Assembly (NCBI GenBank): GCA_013239625.1
Contig: MU054391.1
Coordinates: 4,297,824-4,361,823 of the forward strand
DNA: 64,000 nucleotides
From: Lama guanicoe
Lineage: Eukaryota
Reading direction: 5' to 3'
The notes below the pieces were generated by a model. It did not search any database. It saw only the letters and a program-made list of their open reading frames with translations, and was not told the origin of the DNA. A program made the position numbers and the translations under genes. The number at the start of each line of letters is the position of its first letter. The stretch's first letter is position 1. Below are positions 1-10,879 of this stretch, piece after piece.

Positions 1-63
1 AGGTAGACAGACAGACAGACATATCCTATTGATCTGTGTTCCTGGAGAATTCTGACTAGTACA
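1..63 (+). mobile_element. 3' end of MLT2-type (ERVL) LTR
   Basis: atatcctattgatctgtgttcctggagaattctgactagtaca resembles the MLT2 terminus (tatcctattggttctgtttctctggagaaccctgactaataca), preceded by a simple-repeat tract. Confidence 0.7.
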
Positions 64-214
64 TTGAGTTAACTCATTTTTCAGTAACAAGGTTGGAGGG
101 AGATTTATCTTGCAAGTCTAAAAGAACACATAGTAATGTAGCGAAACTCATGTCAAAACCGTGGCCATCATAGACTAAAAAGAAGTAGTAAATGAGTTTC
201 TCAATGTTTAGCAT

Positions 215-345
215 GCATGTGAATCATCTGACATGTATGCGTCATATGAAGATTCTCATTCGGTAGATCCAGGGTGGAGCCCAAGAGTGCATTTCCAACA
301 AGCCTCGAGGCGCTGCAGCTGCACAGTTTGAATCGTGAGCTCTTG
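215..345. mobile_element. MER5-type hAT-Charlie MITE fragment
   Basis: gattctcattcggtagatccagggtggagcccaagagtgcatttccaacaagc resembles the MER5A core. Confidence 0.6.
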
Positions 346-989
346 GAGCATCTCTCAATGCCAATTACAGATATGAGGATGGAGAATTTATAGGGGTCCT
401 CTCCTGCTGGAGCTGCCTTCCCTCCCACCCTCTCCGTACCTGGTGTGAAGGACCAGAATACCCAGAGCTTCAAGTAGCCCCGCTGTTCTGAATATAGCTC
501 TCCCTTCATTCATTTATCTCCCGCAAGGAGTTCCCATGGACCGCTCACCTCTCTCATCCCGTGGCTACAAATCTGAGGCTCCTCTGGAGCCCCCTTGAAT
601 TGCATTCCCACATTATGTCTACGGTGTGGGTGTAATCTCGACTCCTCTCCTCTTTCCATCAATCCCATCCAATCTGTGTTCTATTTCCCAAGATACCTCA
701 AAATATCTGGCCCACTGCTGGCTCCCTTCCTTACTTTTAAGCAAAGTTTCACGTTCTCTGCCAATTCAATGGGTATTTGGGGAAGGAGAAGTAGTTACAA
801 TGTTCAGTCCACTTTCTTGATCCAGCAACCTGGACGATTTTCAAAGGCTCTTCATGTGGTTCTTAAATATTATGCTGAATCAACAAGGAACATGTTGCCA
901 AACTGAAAATCTTGTGCAGTTGGCTGCCTCTCCACTATCGCTCAGAACTAGGGTACACAATAAAATGATAAGACATGCAGAGTATTTTT

Positions 990-1375
990 AAATCTTTTTT
1001 TATTGATGTATAATATGCATTTAGAAAAGTTGTACAAAGCCAGCAGGACTCAGCTCAATGAATTTCATAAACTGAACACACCCATGTAAGTAGCACCCAG
1101 CTCAAGAAATTAAATATGAAATAAGAGCTGGGAAGCCTGCTCTGTCCTGTGCCCCCTCCCACTCCTTCCTTTCTCCCAGAGGTTAAACTCTATCTCTGTT
1201 ACACAGATCAGCGTATTTATGTAAATTAAATCAAATAACATGTGCTCTTTTGTGCCTGGCTTCTTTTGCTCAACATTATCTTTGTAAGACACACTCACGT
1301 TTCATATGCAAACTTGCTCATTCTCATTCTCGTGTGGCATTGAATGTACAAGTCAATCACAGTTTATTGGTTCTA
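990..1375 (-). mobile_element. Old L1 (L1MC/MD/ME-type) 3' UTR; appears to resume at ~5190-5450
   Basis: Poly-T tail then tcaatgaatttcataaactgaacacacccatgtaa...cacccagctcaagaaa, typical of an old L1M 3' end. Confidence 0.7.
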
Positions 1376-1377
1376 GC

Positions 1378-3480
1378 CTTTTTTGAACGGCTTTCTTGAG
1401 ATGTAATTCACACACCATATGATTCACCCATTTAAAACGTACAATTCAATATTTTTAGTGTAGTCACAGGGTTGTGCAACCATCACTAGAATCTAGCTTC
1501 AGAATATTTTTGTTTTCATTAAAAGAAACCATTAGAAGTCAGTCTTCATTTTCCCCCATGCACTCTGCCCCCATCCATCCCTCAGCAATTCCTAATCTGC
1601 TTTCTGTCTCTATAGATTTGCCTCTCCTGGATTACTTACAAATGGAATCATACAATAGGTGATGTTTTGCTATTGGCTTTTTGCACTTAACGTAATGATG
1701 TCAAGGTTCATTATTGAATGTATCAGTTCTTCTTCCTTTTCATCTCTGAATAATATTCCATTGTATAGATATACCACTTTTTATTTATTCATTCACTGGT
1801 TGATGAACATTTGGCTTGTTTCTAATGCTGCAGTGAAGTTTGCATGCAAGGCTTTTTTCTTTTCTTTTTTTTTTTGCATGCAAGTTTTTGAATGGACATA
1901 TGTTTTCATTTTTCTTAGTATATACACAGAAGAGGAATTAGTGGGACATAGGTAACCCTGGGATAAGCCCTTTTGGGAATTATCAAACTGTTTTACAAAG
2001 TGGCTGAACCATTTCACATCCCCACCAGCAATGTAATTTTGACTTTTCCACATCCTCCCCAACACTTGCTACTGTCTGCCTTTTTGATTACCAACATTCT
2101 AATGGGGGTGCAGTCGTTTCTCACTGTGCATGTGGTCTGCATTTCCCTATCGACTAATAATGTTGATCATATTTACATGTGCCTATTGGCCATTTTATAT
2201 CTTCTTTGGAGGGATGTCTATTCAAATACTTTGCCCAATTTTTAATAGGTTATTTGCCTTTTTAAAGTTGCATTGTAAGAGTTCTGTGCATATCTGCATA
2301 CAAGCCCCTGAGCAGTTACATGATTTTCAAATATTTTCTCCCATTCTGTGGGCTGTTTTCTCACTTTCCCCATGGTATTATTTGTATCATCAAAGTTTTA
2401 AATTTTTGTGTAGTACAACTTATCAATTTTCTCTTTTTTCACTGATGTTTTTGGTGTTATGTTTAAGAAACCATCATGTGATCCAAGCTCACTAAAATTT
2501 AGGTCTGTTTCCTTCTAAGGGATTTATAGTATTAGTTCTTACATTTAGGATTCATTTTGAGTTAATATCTTATTTTGTATGTTGTGAGGTAAGTGTCCAA
2601 ATTAATTCTTTTGCGTGTAGATAGCCAATTTTCCCAATACTGTTTGTTGAAAAGACTATTTTTCTCAAATGAATGGTCTTGGCACCCTTGCCTAAAATCA
2701 ATTGACTGTAAGTATATGGCTTCATTTCTTGATTCTTAATTCTATTCCACTGATTATACGTCAGTCCTTATGGCAGTACCATATTGTCTTAATAATTATA
2801 TCTTTGTTGTAAGTTTTGAAATCAGTTAATTGTGAGTCTTTCAAGTTTATTCTTTTTCAAGATTGTTTTGGCTGTTCTGGGTCCTGTGCATTTCCATATG
2901 AATTTTAGGAAAAGTTTGTCTATTTTTGCAAAAATGGTAGGTGGGATTTTAAAATGTTGAGTTGAATCTGTGGATCAATTTGGAGAGTCTTGCGATATTA
3001 ACAATATTAAGCTTCCTGAGGAATAACTTACTATACATCATCTGTTATATTTTTAATTTATTTTGTGAATGTTTATTAATGCTAGTATACAAGAACTTTC
3101 CTTCTTTTGTTAAATTTGTACCTAGATATTTTATTCTTCTTGATATTACCATAAATGGTGTTGTTTTTTTTAATTTCATTGTCAGAATGTTTGTTGCTAC
3201 TGCATAAAAATGCAATTGAGTTTTGCACATTGATCTTATATCCTGCTGAAAGGCTGAATTTATTAGCTTACTGATAGATTTTTAGTGGAATCCTTAGGAA
3301 TCTGTAGGATTTTCTATTTACAAAATCATATCAACTGAGAAAAAATACAGTCTGACTTCTTTTCCAATCTGGAGGTCTTTTTTTTTTTTTAAGCACTGAA
3401 TTGCTTTGTCTAGACTTCCAGTACAACGTAAAATAGAAATTCCAAGAGTGGGCATCCTTGTCTTATTCTTGACCTTTTAT
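1378..3480 (-). mobile_element. L1MB-type LINE-1 3' UTR plus decayed ORF2 C-terminus
   Basis: L1MB-like 3' end (gagatgtaattcacacaccatatgattcacccatttaaa); ORF 3045-3230 gives TPFMVISRRIKYLGTNLTK, matching the ORF2 RT 'IKYLGINLTK' motif; many stops. Confidence 0.9.
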
Positions 3481-5190
3481 CTAGGTTATTATAATTTTCA
3501 GTCCTTGGTCTTTTTAGTTCTATGTCTTTATTGATATTCTCTTTACGGGACAGTGTCACCCTATTTTCCTTTAATTTTTAAAGCACAGATTCCCTTGGCT
3601 GTTACTTGCAGACATTCACAGTAACTGCTTTGAAGTCTTTCTCTGCTTGCTTCACCTTCACGGGCAGTTTCCACCATCTGCTTTCCACCCCATCTATGGC
3701 TCATACATTCCTGTTTATCTTCATGCCACACTTTTTTGTTGGAAACTGGTGGCTTCAGATGACATACTGCAGCAACTCTGGATCCTGACCCCCTTCTCAG
3801 AGGTGGCTGTTGTTGGCTTGGTCATTAGTTTTCTTCTTTACTGATCTGACTGAAACTAAATCTATTCTATCTATTTTCTTTGCAGTACGCTGTTTCTCTT
3901 ATTTGTGCTCAGATTTTTCCCCATGATTTTTATCTTTTAGCCTTGTTATCAGAGGTTACCCCTAGGTCAACATAAGCCACCTGCTGGTCGGAGGCTGTGC
4001 TTAAGTCCTCTCGGCCAGGCCCGTGCTTCTCCCTCGTCACTGGGTGAGCGTGTGCTTTGACACTGTGATCACAGATCGGGGAGTTCGCTTGGTTTTTGTT
4101 GTTGTTGTTCGCCCCGTGTTCCGCTTCCGCCAGGGCCTGGGAGCTGGGAGCTTCCCTCTGTGATGACCCCTGAGAAGTGCCGTCCCGGGCAGACACGCAG
4201 CCTTCCAGGCTTCCGGGGCTGAGCGTGACTTCTCGTCTTAAGCCTGGCTTAGCAGGAGCAGCCCCGGTCGCGTCTCCGGTGCCCTGGGCTGTCGTGCCGG
4301 AGACTCTCCGGCCCCGTGCTGACAGGTCTGGCTGCTGTCTGGGGACTGCTTGTAGGTCTGCCCCATGTCCTGGCCTCTCTTCTCCTGGTTCTTTCTGTTA
4401 AGCTTCTGGTCGCTCAGTCACTGACACGCATCTGGGAGCCACCAGCCTACTCTGCGTTAGTCTCCACCAAGATCTCCATTCTTCCTGACCACACCCTTAG
4501 GGATGGACTTCTCCCATCCTGACCCAAACACCCAGTCTCCTCAGGCAGAGCTGGCTCTTTGTCCTCACAGCCTGCGCTTTCCCTTTCGGCAAAGCCCCGG
4601 CGTCGCCGCACCAGCGCTGTGGGTGTGGGTCCACTTTCCCCGGGGCGACATCTCTCTCTGCCATGGGCACGAGGGAAGGGGCAACCTCGGGCTCCCTTGG
4701 CTTGCCCTTCCAGACAGGAAACCTCTGCCTTAAAGGCAGGCGGGGCGGCGGCCCTAGGAGGCCCAGGCGTCTGGCCCAGCAGCAGGGCCGGGGCCGGGGA
4801 GAGAGGCCGGCCATCTCCGCCCCGTCTGCTCGAACAGCTTCTTGTGCACACGGTGGGGGGTGGGGGTGACGAACCCTGCTGCCAGTCAAGCCGCGGCTCC
4901 AAACTGCAAGCTGGGGGAGAAAGGGCCCACCCAAGGGAGAGCTTCTGGGGCCTGGAGCTGGGCCAGGGCCGCCGGGGAGCAGGCTGTGGCCCCAGTACCA
5001 CAGATCCTTGCTGATGACACGGAGATTTAGTAGATTTTCTTGAATGAGTGTTTTCCCATTTGCTATGTGTGCTTAGCATAATTTCCACAGGCTTTAAATG
5101 ATTTGTTTTTTTTACAGGATTTTTACCAGTTAGTTGTTACTTTGCTGGGAAGACGTTCTGCCGAGCTCCTCGCCTGGCCACTCTGGAAGC
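3481..5190 (-). mobile_element. L1M 5' UTR / ORF1 N-terminal region, unusually GC/CpG-rich from ~4000 to 5010
   Basis: T-rich antisense ORF1-like sequence at 3480-3800; ends in an L1M 5'-terminus-like motif (agttgttactttgctgggaag...ggccactctggaagctcc). Confidence 0.6.
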
Positions 5191-5714
5191 TCCAACACTT
5201 ATCTGCTCTATCCTTGCTGGATATTTGGGTTCCTGCCCCTTGGGTCCTGTTACACAGTAATGAGCCTATGACCAGCCTCACGTACACTGTCTGATGGACA
5301 GACGGACACCTTTGTGCTGAGTATACACCTAGGGGTGCCTTATGTGGTGACAGGGGTGCGAATGCTCAGTTTTAATTGTTAATATTATAGAAATGCTTTC
5401 CAAAGTAACTGCACACATCACACTCCCAGTGTAGCTTCTTAGCAGTCTTTCCATAGATAGTGTTTCAGTAGATTAAAAAATTTGAAAATTTTAAATACTC
5501 AGTTATGACCCAAAATCCAAATAGTGAATGGAAGAATATACTATCTTTTTCAGCATATTCTGTTTTGAAAATGAAAAAATAAATGGTACTTACAGCTTCT
5601 ACGTCCAAATACCTGTTGCCATATATCCAACACAGAGTGAGTCTAGCAAGAAAAGAAAAAAAAATTGCCTTTCCCCTTCAAAACTCAGTTGATGATAAAA
5701 AAAAAAAACAGCTA

Positions 5715-5780
5715 TTTATTGAACAATTACCTCCAGGGGTCTGCCTGGCCTCACCATTTTCGCACGACTCAGAGTTTATT
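5715..5780 (-). terminator. Two AATAAA polyadenylation signals on the minus strand (5780-5775, 5720-5715), the second followed by a U-rich tract
   Basis: tttatt at 5775-5780 and 5715-5720; A-run at ~5697-5708 reads as a poly-U downstream element on the minus strand. Confidence 0.35.
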
Positions 5781-5924
5781 TAAAAAAAGAGTTGCAGCAT
5801 CTCTGCCCCATGTGCTCACACAGTAGTCATGGGCTCTCAAGCTTCCTCCAGGTCCTCCCTCTTCACTTCCTTCCACATTATTTCCTTTTTGCAGATTCTG
5901 AGAAGCTGGCTTTTCGTGTCTGGG

Positions 5925-6206
5925 CTATTTTTTCTTCAACTGTGACAGGATCCACTTCCTCCGTTCTGACTCCTGGAACTCCTGAGACGTACAGTAACAT
6001 TCTGGTTCATCCCACTCCTTGCTGTCATCCATACAGGATATGGTGGCTGACTCTCTGGCGTCTATTCTCGAATTTCCCTGACGCAGTGCATGTTGGAGGA
6101 CTGGGCTCAGATCAAGTTGTGGGGGTAGCTGGTCTGCGAGTAATTTCTTCCCCTTTGCCAATGAGCTCATTCATATTGGGCATATGACAGAATCTGGGCT
6201 AATGAA
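5925..6206 (-). CDS. Putative last exon of an unannotated transcript: FISPDSVICPI-TGA, then in-frame 81-aa ORF MSSLAKGKKLLADQLPPQLDL...ILSQLKKK
   Basis: Acceptor ctttttctcacag| before 6206; TGA at 6173-6171; ATG at 6170; TAG at 5927-5925; non-repeat sequence; no homolog confidently recognised. Confidence 0.25.
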
Positions 6207-6249
6207 CTGTGAGAAAAAGTTGCTAGAGGCTTCCTAAGAAAAGCTACAG

Positions 6250-6420
6250 CATCTTTCACGCACTCTGCGTTAAGCACGTTAGGTACCATGGCCCCTTAAG
6301 TCTACACCGGTCCCCACAAGATGGTTATTACCATCTCCATCTGACAGATGAGAGAGCTAGGGTCCAGAGGGCAGGACCTGGCGAGCATCACATCAGCCAT
6401 GCCTCACTCAGAACAGGCTG
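6250..6420 (-). mobile_element. MIR SINE
   Basis: ttattaccatctccatctgacagatgagagagctagggtccagaggg matches the MIR core. Confidence 0.65.
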
Positions 6421-6703
6421 GTGACGCTGCACCTGCCTCCTCCTGGTACGGTGGATGGAATCCTTCATTTGCGGTCAAAAGACAGCGCCCTTCGGCAGCC
6501 ATCAGACTGCAGAACGAGTATGTATCCTCACCTCCCTTTCTTCATCCATAACGTGTAGACCAGGATAACACCCTCAGACTATTTCCCAAGCTTCCCTTGA
6601 GGACCGCATGAGAGAGGATGCACATCAGAGGCTCTGAAAATAACCAGGCACAACACGGGATGCTCTGGGTCCAGCGGGCCCACGGACACTCCCTGACCCT
6701 CAC

Positions 6704-6758
6704 CATGTGGTCTGGCGCTGACTTTAGTAAGTAGGTATCTTCAAGAAGTAGCTCTTCC
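6704..6758 (-). CDS. Putative 55-nt internal exon, (L)EELLLEDTYLLKSAPDHM
   Basis: Acceptor cttccccactcgtacctcacag|G and donor ATG|gtgagg; open in the phase linking both neighbouring candidate exons. Confidence 0.3.
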
Positions 6759-7195
6759 CTGTGAGGTACGAGTGGGGAAGCGCACACCCGAAGGCACACA
6801 GTTAAGGCCAGAAGTGTTCACCAGCCCAGAAATAAAAAAAAGGAGGTCTCGCTGATCCCGTTCAACACTGTTTTTTCTTTTTAATCCACATGCAGGCAAG
6901 GCTCTGGCGACGATAGGCTTCTCTTCAGTGTTGCTGGTGACACTTATATGTCTAACCTAGAATGTAAATAATTGCCATAAACCACTCAGCTTCAGTTACG
7001 TCGGCAGGGTCCCTCACTTCACACTTCCTGTAACTCAGTCCTTCTCACACTTGCTTCGGGACCTTTTTACCGGGTCTAGAGGAACATTTTAACATACAAT
7101 CGTAATAGAAAAAAGATTCGCCTAAGATTGTTAGAAGAAAGCCTTGAGAGCTCTAGCTCTTCCTGAAGTTGGTAAATACAAAGAAAGAAGCTTAC

Positions 7196-7350
7196 AGTGA
7201 GCTGTCCTGGGGCCCGCAAGGAGGACCAGCGGAACAGCCCACCGGTTCGGCCCAAACCCCGCAGGTCGGACCTACGGGGGGCGAGCGAGCGCGCGCGCGC
7301 GCCACCAGGCAGGTCCTGGTCCTGAAGCTGCGGCCCCGCGACGTCGCCAT
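7196..7350 (-). CDS. Putative first coding exon MATSRGRSFRTRTCLVARARARSPPVGPTCGVWAEPVGCSAGPPCGPQDSS
   Basis: gggATGG strong Kozak at 7350; donor ACT|gtaagc at 7196/7195 (phase 2); could equally be non-coding CpG-island sequence. Confidence 0.2.
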
Positions 7351-7680
7351 CCCGGGCTCCAGCCCGGGCGCCGGGGCTCACTTCCGCTGTCGTTCTGGGA
7401 CACTGGCCAGCCTTTCCTGCCTCTGCGCCCTTGTGCTGGCTCCTTGGGGAAGTCACTTCCCAGAGACTCAAATAGCGCATCCCTGATACGACGCCTCAGC
7501 GGTTCCCCGGGCCTGCAGGCGGGAGGCAGGGAAGTGATGTCTGCGCGCCTTCCAAGCCCTGCCGGAGCCTCTCATCGTCCTCACCGAACTCGTCCCGTCC
7601 CCGCCCAGCCAGCTGCCAGTCACCCCTGCAGGCTGGCTCCGGGGTGCCCTGCCCCGGGGAGCTGCCTCTAAGACTCGCCA
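7200..7680. promoter_or_regulatory. CpG island, likely promoter
   Basis: Dense CpG; ETS/GABPA-type CACTTCCG (7379-7386) and GGAAGT (7530-7535); YY1-like GATGGCG on the minus strand; (GC)7 at 7289-7302; not inside a recognisable repeat. Confidence 0.65.
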
Positions 7681-8114
7681 GCTGGCTTAGACCGGCTTAG
7701 ATAGCTCCTGATACGTTATGCTAATTTTCGCCCTAACAATTTTTCATTAGAGCCACATGCCTGCCTCTGCAACAAAAATTTGAGTTCCTCTTAAAAAGGG
7801 GGCTTTTTTGGATTCTTTAACCCTCTCTCTTAGCAGACAGCGGCACCTCCGTGGAACGTCGGTGCTTGTTAAATTACTGATGAATTCACAAATGAGAAAC
7901 TGGAAAGATGGAGTACTATTTTTCTAATGATCATATCACTGTATTTGATGTGGCCATTTGTATCCATTAGTGTCAAGACATAGTAGGAAGTGAAGGTATG
8001 GTGTCAGATGTATGACATGCTGTTGATAGATGTGATAGACGTGGATGCTGTGGGTAGATATTTATCCTGAAATACGTATCACTGTACACTGCACTAATAA
8101 AAGGAATTAAAATG

Positions 8115-8310
8115 CGCCATGCACTCCTCCAAGTCCTTTGCAAACAGCAACCCATGAAATCCTCACACGGCCCTCTGTGGGATGTGCGACCACTGGCCTC
8201 AATTTTCAGATGAGGAAACAGATAGAGAGGTTAACTAACAAGTTTAAAGAGCTAATGTGTCAGGATTGGAGTCCAGGCAGTCTGTGCTCAGGCCCCCCAC
8301 TCTTCACAGC
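8115..8310 (-). mobile_element. MIR SINE
   Basis: caattttcagatgaggaaacagatagagaggttaac MIR core. Confidence 0.75.
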
Positions 8311-8419
8311 CAGGCCAGAGATCCACAGAGGGTCCTTCTCAGCATCTTGAACCTTATTCACACCCTCTTTGGGACAACTGTCTGACTTTATCAAACCTGT
8401 TAATCAGATTAGATTTTGC

Positions 8420-8500
8420 CTAATAGACTGTGAGTTCTTTAAGAGTAAAGACTGTATTTCCCAGCACCTTTCAGAGTGCCTGGTGCGTAACAGGTGCTGG
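8420..8500 (+). mobile_element. L2 3' end fragment
   Basis: tagactgtgagttcttt...cccagcac...gtgcctggtgcgtaacaggtgct. Confidence 0.65.
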
Positions 8501-9959
8501 GTTTTTGTTTGTTTGTTTGTTCTTGTTTATGAGTAGAAGATTGAAGATTCTCTGGATTGTGGCATCACCACACACAGCTGGAAGAAGCTCAGGGTGAGTG
8601 CTGAGGGCTGGACATGCCCCAGTGTTCAAACCCCGGTTCCCCAGCCCTGCCACCAGGATCCCTGTGTCCAATGAGATAATAAAAGCTGTCTGATCAAAAA
8701 TGTCTTGTTGAATGTCTAAGACCCAGAAAATGTGACAGTTATGGCCCCTTTCACATTGAGTAAATAAATTAAGTTACGTTAGGGTCCACCCACCAGTGGG
8801 CATTTATATCTTGGTTCTACGACTACAAATTAATTCTTAGCAGCCTTCTCACTCAAACCTTCATATGGGGTAAACTTATGGAATATAAAGATGGTTTGAG
8901 TTTGCCCATAAGACTGTAATTTAAAAGTCATTCTAAGAGAAAGAGGAGAGAGAATGGAAGGAGGGAGGGAATGGCCAAGTAGCTGTTTGAGTAAAGGAAA
9001 GTTTCCTGGGATTGGAGAGGGTACAACCAAGGAATGGTCTTGCAAGGGATGAATACCGCATGCGCAGACCACGATCATCTGCAGATTCGGCCCCCGGATG
9101 AAGAGGGTGAGAACAGGGAGCCTGTGCTGATGATTCAGGACAAGGTTTCTAAAGCTCACAGCGAAGAGACTGAATTCCCAAACCTCCCGTAGGTTAGAGT
9201 CTTCTAAGCCTTGCTTTGGCCGAACCTTGGATTCCCTTGTAAGTTCTGAATTTAGTGAATTTAAGTGCATGTGGACTTCAGGAGGCTTTGAGCTGGGCCA
9301 AACGTCGGTTGTCACATTTGAAGCTTTTTGCAGATACATTCATTTGTCTTAAAGTGTAGGTGTATAAACTTTCAAGAGATCTAAATGGCTGTATCTCACC
9401 CATTTAGGGTCCAGCGGCTCCGAGGAATCCATGTAACTCAGTCTCTCCTCTCCATGTAGGTTGACTTCCAAACCACCCAGGGTTGAATATCTTTCAAAGT
9501 CAGTTGGCATCAGGAGACAGAACAAAGCCCCGTGTCCTGGAACCTTTTCCATTTTCTCTCAGAACAGCAGGGCTGTGCAGCGGTCACCTAACTTACCCCA
9601 GGGAAGTGAGTGAATTTCCTCACTAATATATCCTTCCAGCATCCTTTTCCCATCTCTCCACGTCTGCGGTCTACACTTCTCCAACCCTTCCCCAAATTTA
9701 CTCTTTACCTGCTACAAAGGGGAAAACATACAAGAATAATATTTACCAAATCTTTGGAATCAAAAAAAAGATGGTATTAAGTTTAGTTCAGTAAATATTT
9801 GTAAAGTCTCTGCTAAGTGCCTGACACTAGAAGAACAGAAAAATTGACAAGGCACAGCCCCGGCATGATGTATAAAGAGGTAAGAACAAATATACAGAAA
9901 CCACTGAAATGAGAATAAGAATTGTAACGCTCTCACTGGGAGAGAAATCATAAATGTAG

Positions 9960-10105
9960 GCTTGTGTTCTTCAAAGCTTGGCCCGTGGATCTGCTGCATC
10001 CGAATCAGCTAAATGTTTATTCAAACAGATAATTGGGGGTCCACTCTAGACTTAGTAAATGAGAATTCCCAGCGTCAGGACTCAAGAATCGGCTTTCTCA
10101 CCAAG
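9960..10105. mobile_element. MER5-type hAT-Charlie MITE
   Basis: gtgttcttcaaagcttggccc...gcatccgaatcagc...actctagacttagtaaatgagaattc. Confidence 0.6.
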
Positions 10106-10529
10106 AGAGGAATCTAGCAAAATGGAATGTGTTGTTCTCTCAATGACCTACAAGAGTCTGAGGTCTGTCTTGAAGGCAGAGGAAAGGACGGATGGTAAAG
10201 ATGTCCAGAATCTGAGCTCTGAAAGGCATTCTTTGCAGAAGGAACACCGAGGCAGAGGTAACGTGAAAAGCCCTGCGAAGCATGTTGGGAAACATTTCAT
10301 GTTGGCAAGGGCGCAAAACAGGCAACAATCTGAAGCCTGAATTTTTGTCTTCTGCGCTGGTCCAGGTGGGTACCGTTTCCAGACTTCTAAAGGAGAAATC
10401 CACACTTCTGTTAAGTTGTGTTAAGCCTCTTATCTCATGAGGATATTCAATTTCTTTTTCACTTACCTTTGCTTCTCCGCATGACTATAGTGAAAACAAC
10501 TCGAGTTTTTTTTCAATTAAATCAATCTT

Positions 10530-10680
10530 ATTTAAATTCTGGCTCCATCACAGATTAGCTCCGTGACCTTGTGCTCAGTCAGCCATCACCTGTGAGCCTC
10601 AGTCTGTGCACCAACAAAGAGGCATGACATGGACTCATTTTTGTGGGGGCTCAGCAGGAGGGCACAGCCAGAGCGTGGCC
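10530..10680 (+). mobile_element. MIR SINE
   Basis: aaattctggctccatcac...agctccgtgaccttg...gagcctcagtctg. Confidence 0.65.
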
Positions 10681-10879
10681 CCTCCCCCCACCCCTCTGCG
10701 AAGGGAAGTCATCCCATGTGTCACTGGGCTCCCGGGATGCTGGGCGACTGGTCTGCGTATTCTTGGCTTCTCCTTGAATTGAGTACCTCACCCTGTGATT
10801 CTAATCTTCCAATTCAACTGTCTACCTGGCAAATTTATGATACCCTTGAATTTCAACCTGTGAAGCTCTTTGAAGGCGC

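Noticed and set aside
4447..5088. 213-aa and overlapping Pro/Gly/Arg-rich ORFs
   Set aside because: Stop-poor GC-rich patch in an L1 5' region; open in several frames; no recognisable domain.
5735..5925. SECIS element downstream of the in-frame TGA
   Set aside because: RTGA candidates (ATGACTACTG..., GTGAGGCCAGG...) lack an 11-12 bp helix II with an apical AA and a paired GA; by eye only.
7333..7350. MATSRG start resembling the SYNE1 N-terminus
   Set aside because: Only six residues match; the following sequence differs from SYNE1 (ASRCPRDIANVMQRLQ).
8830..9339. 169-aa minus-strand ORF
   Set aside because: No recognisable family or consistent splice phase with neighbouring candidate exons.
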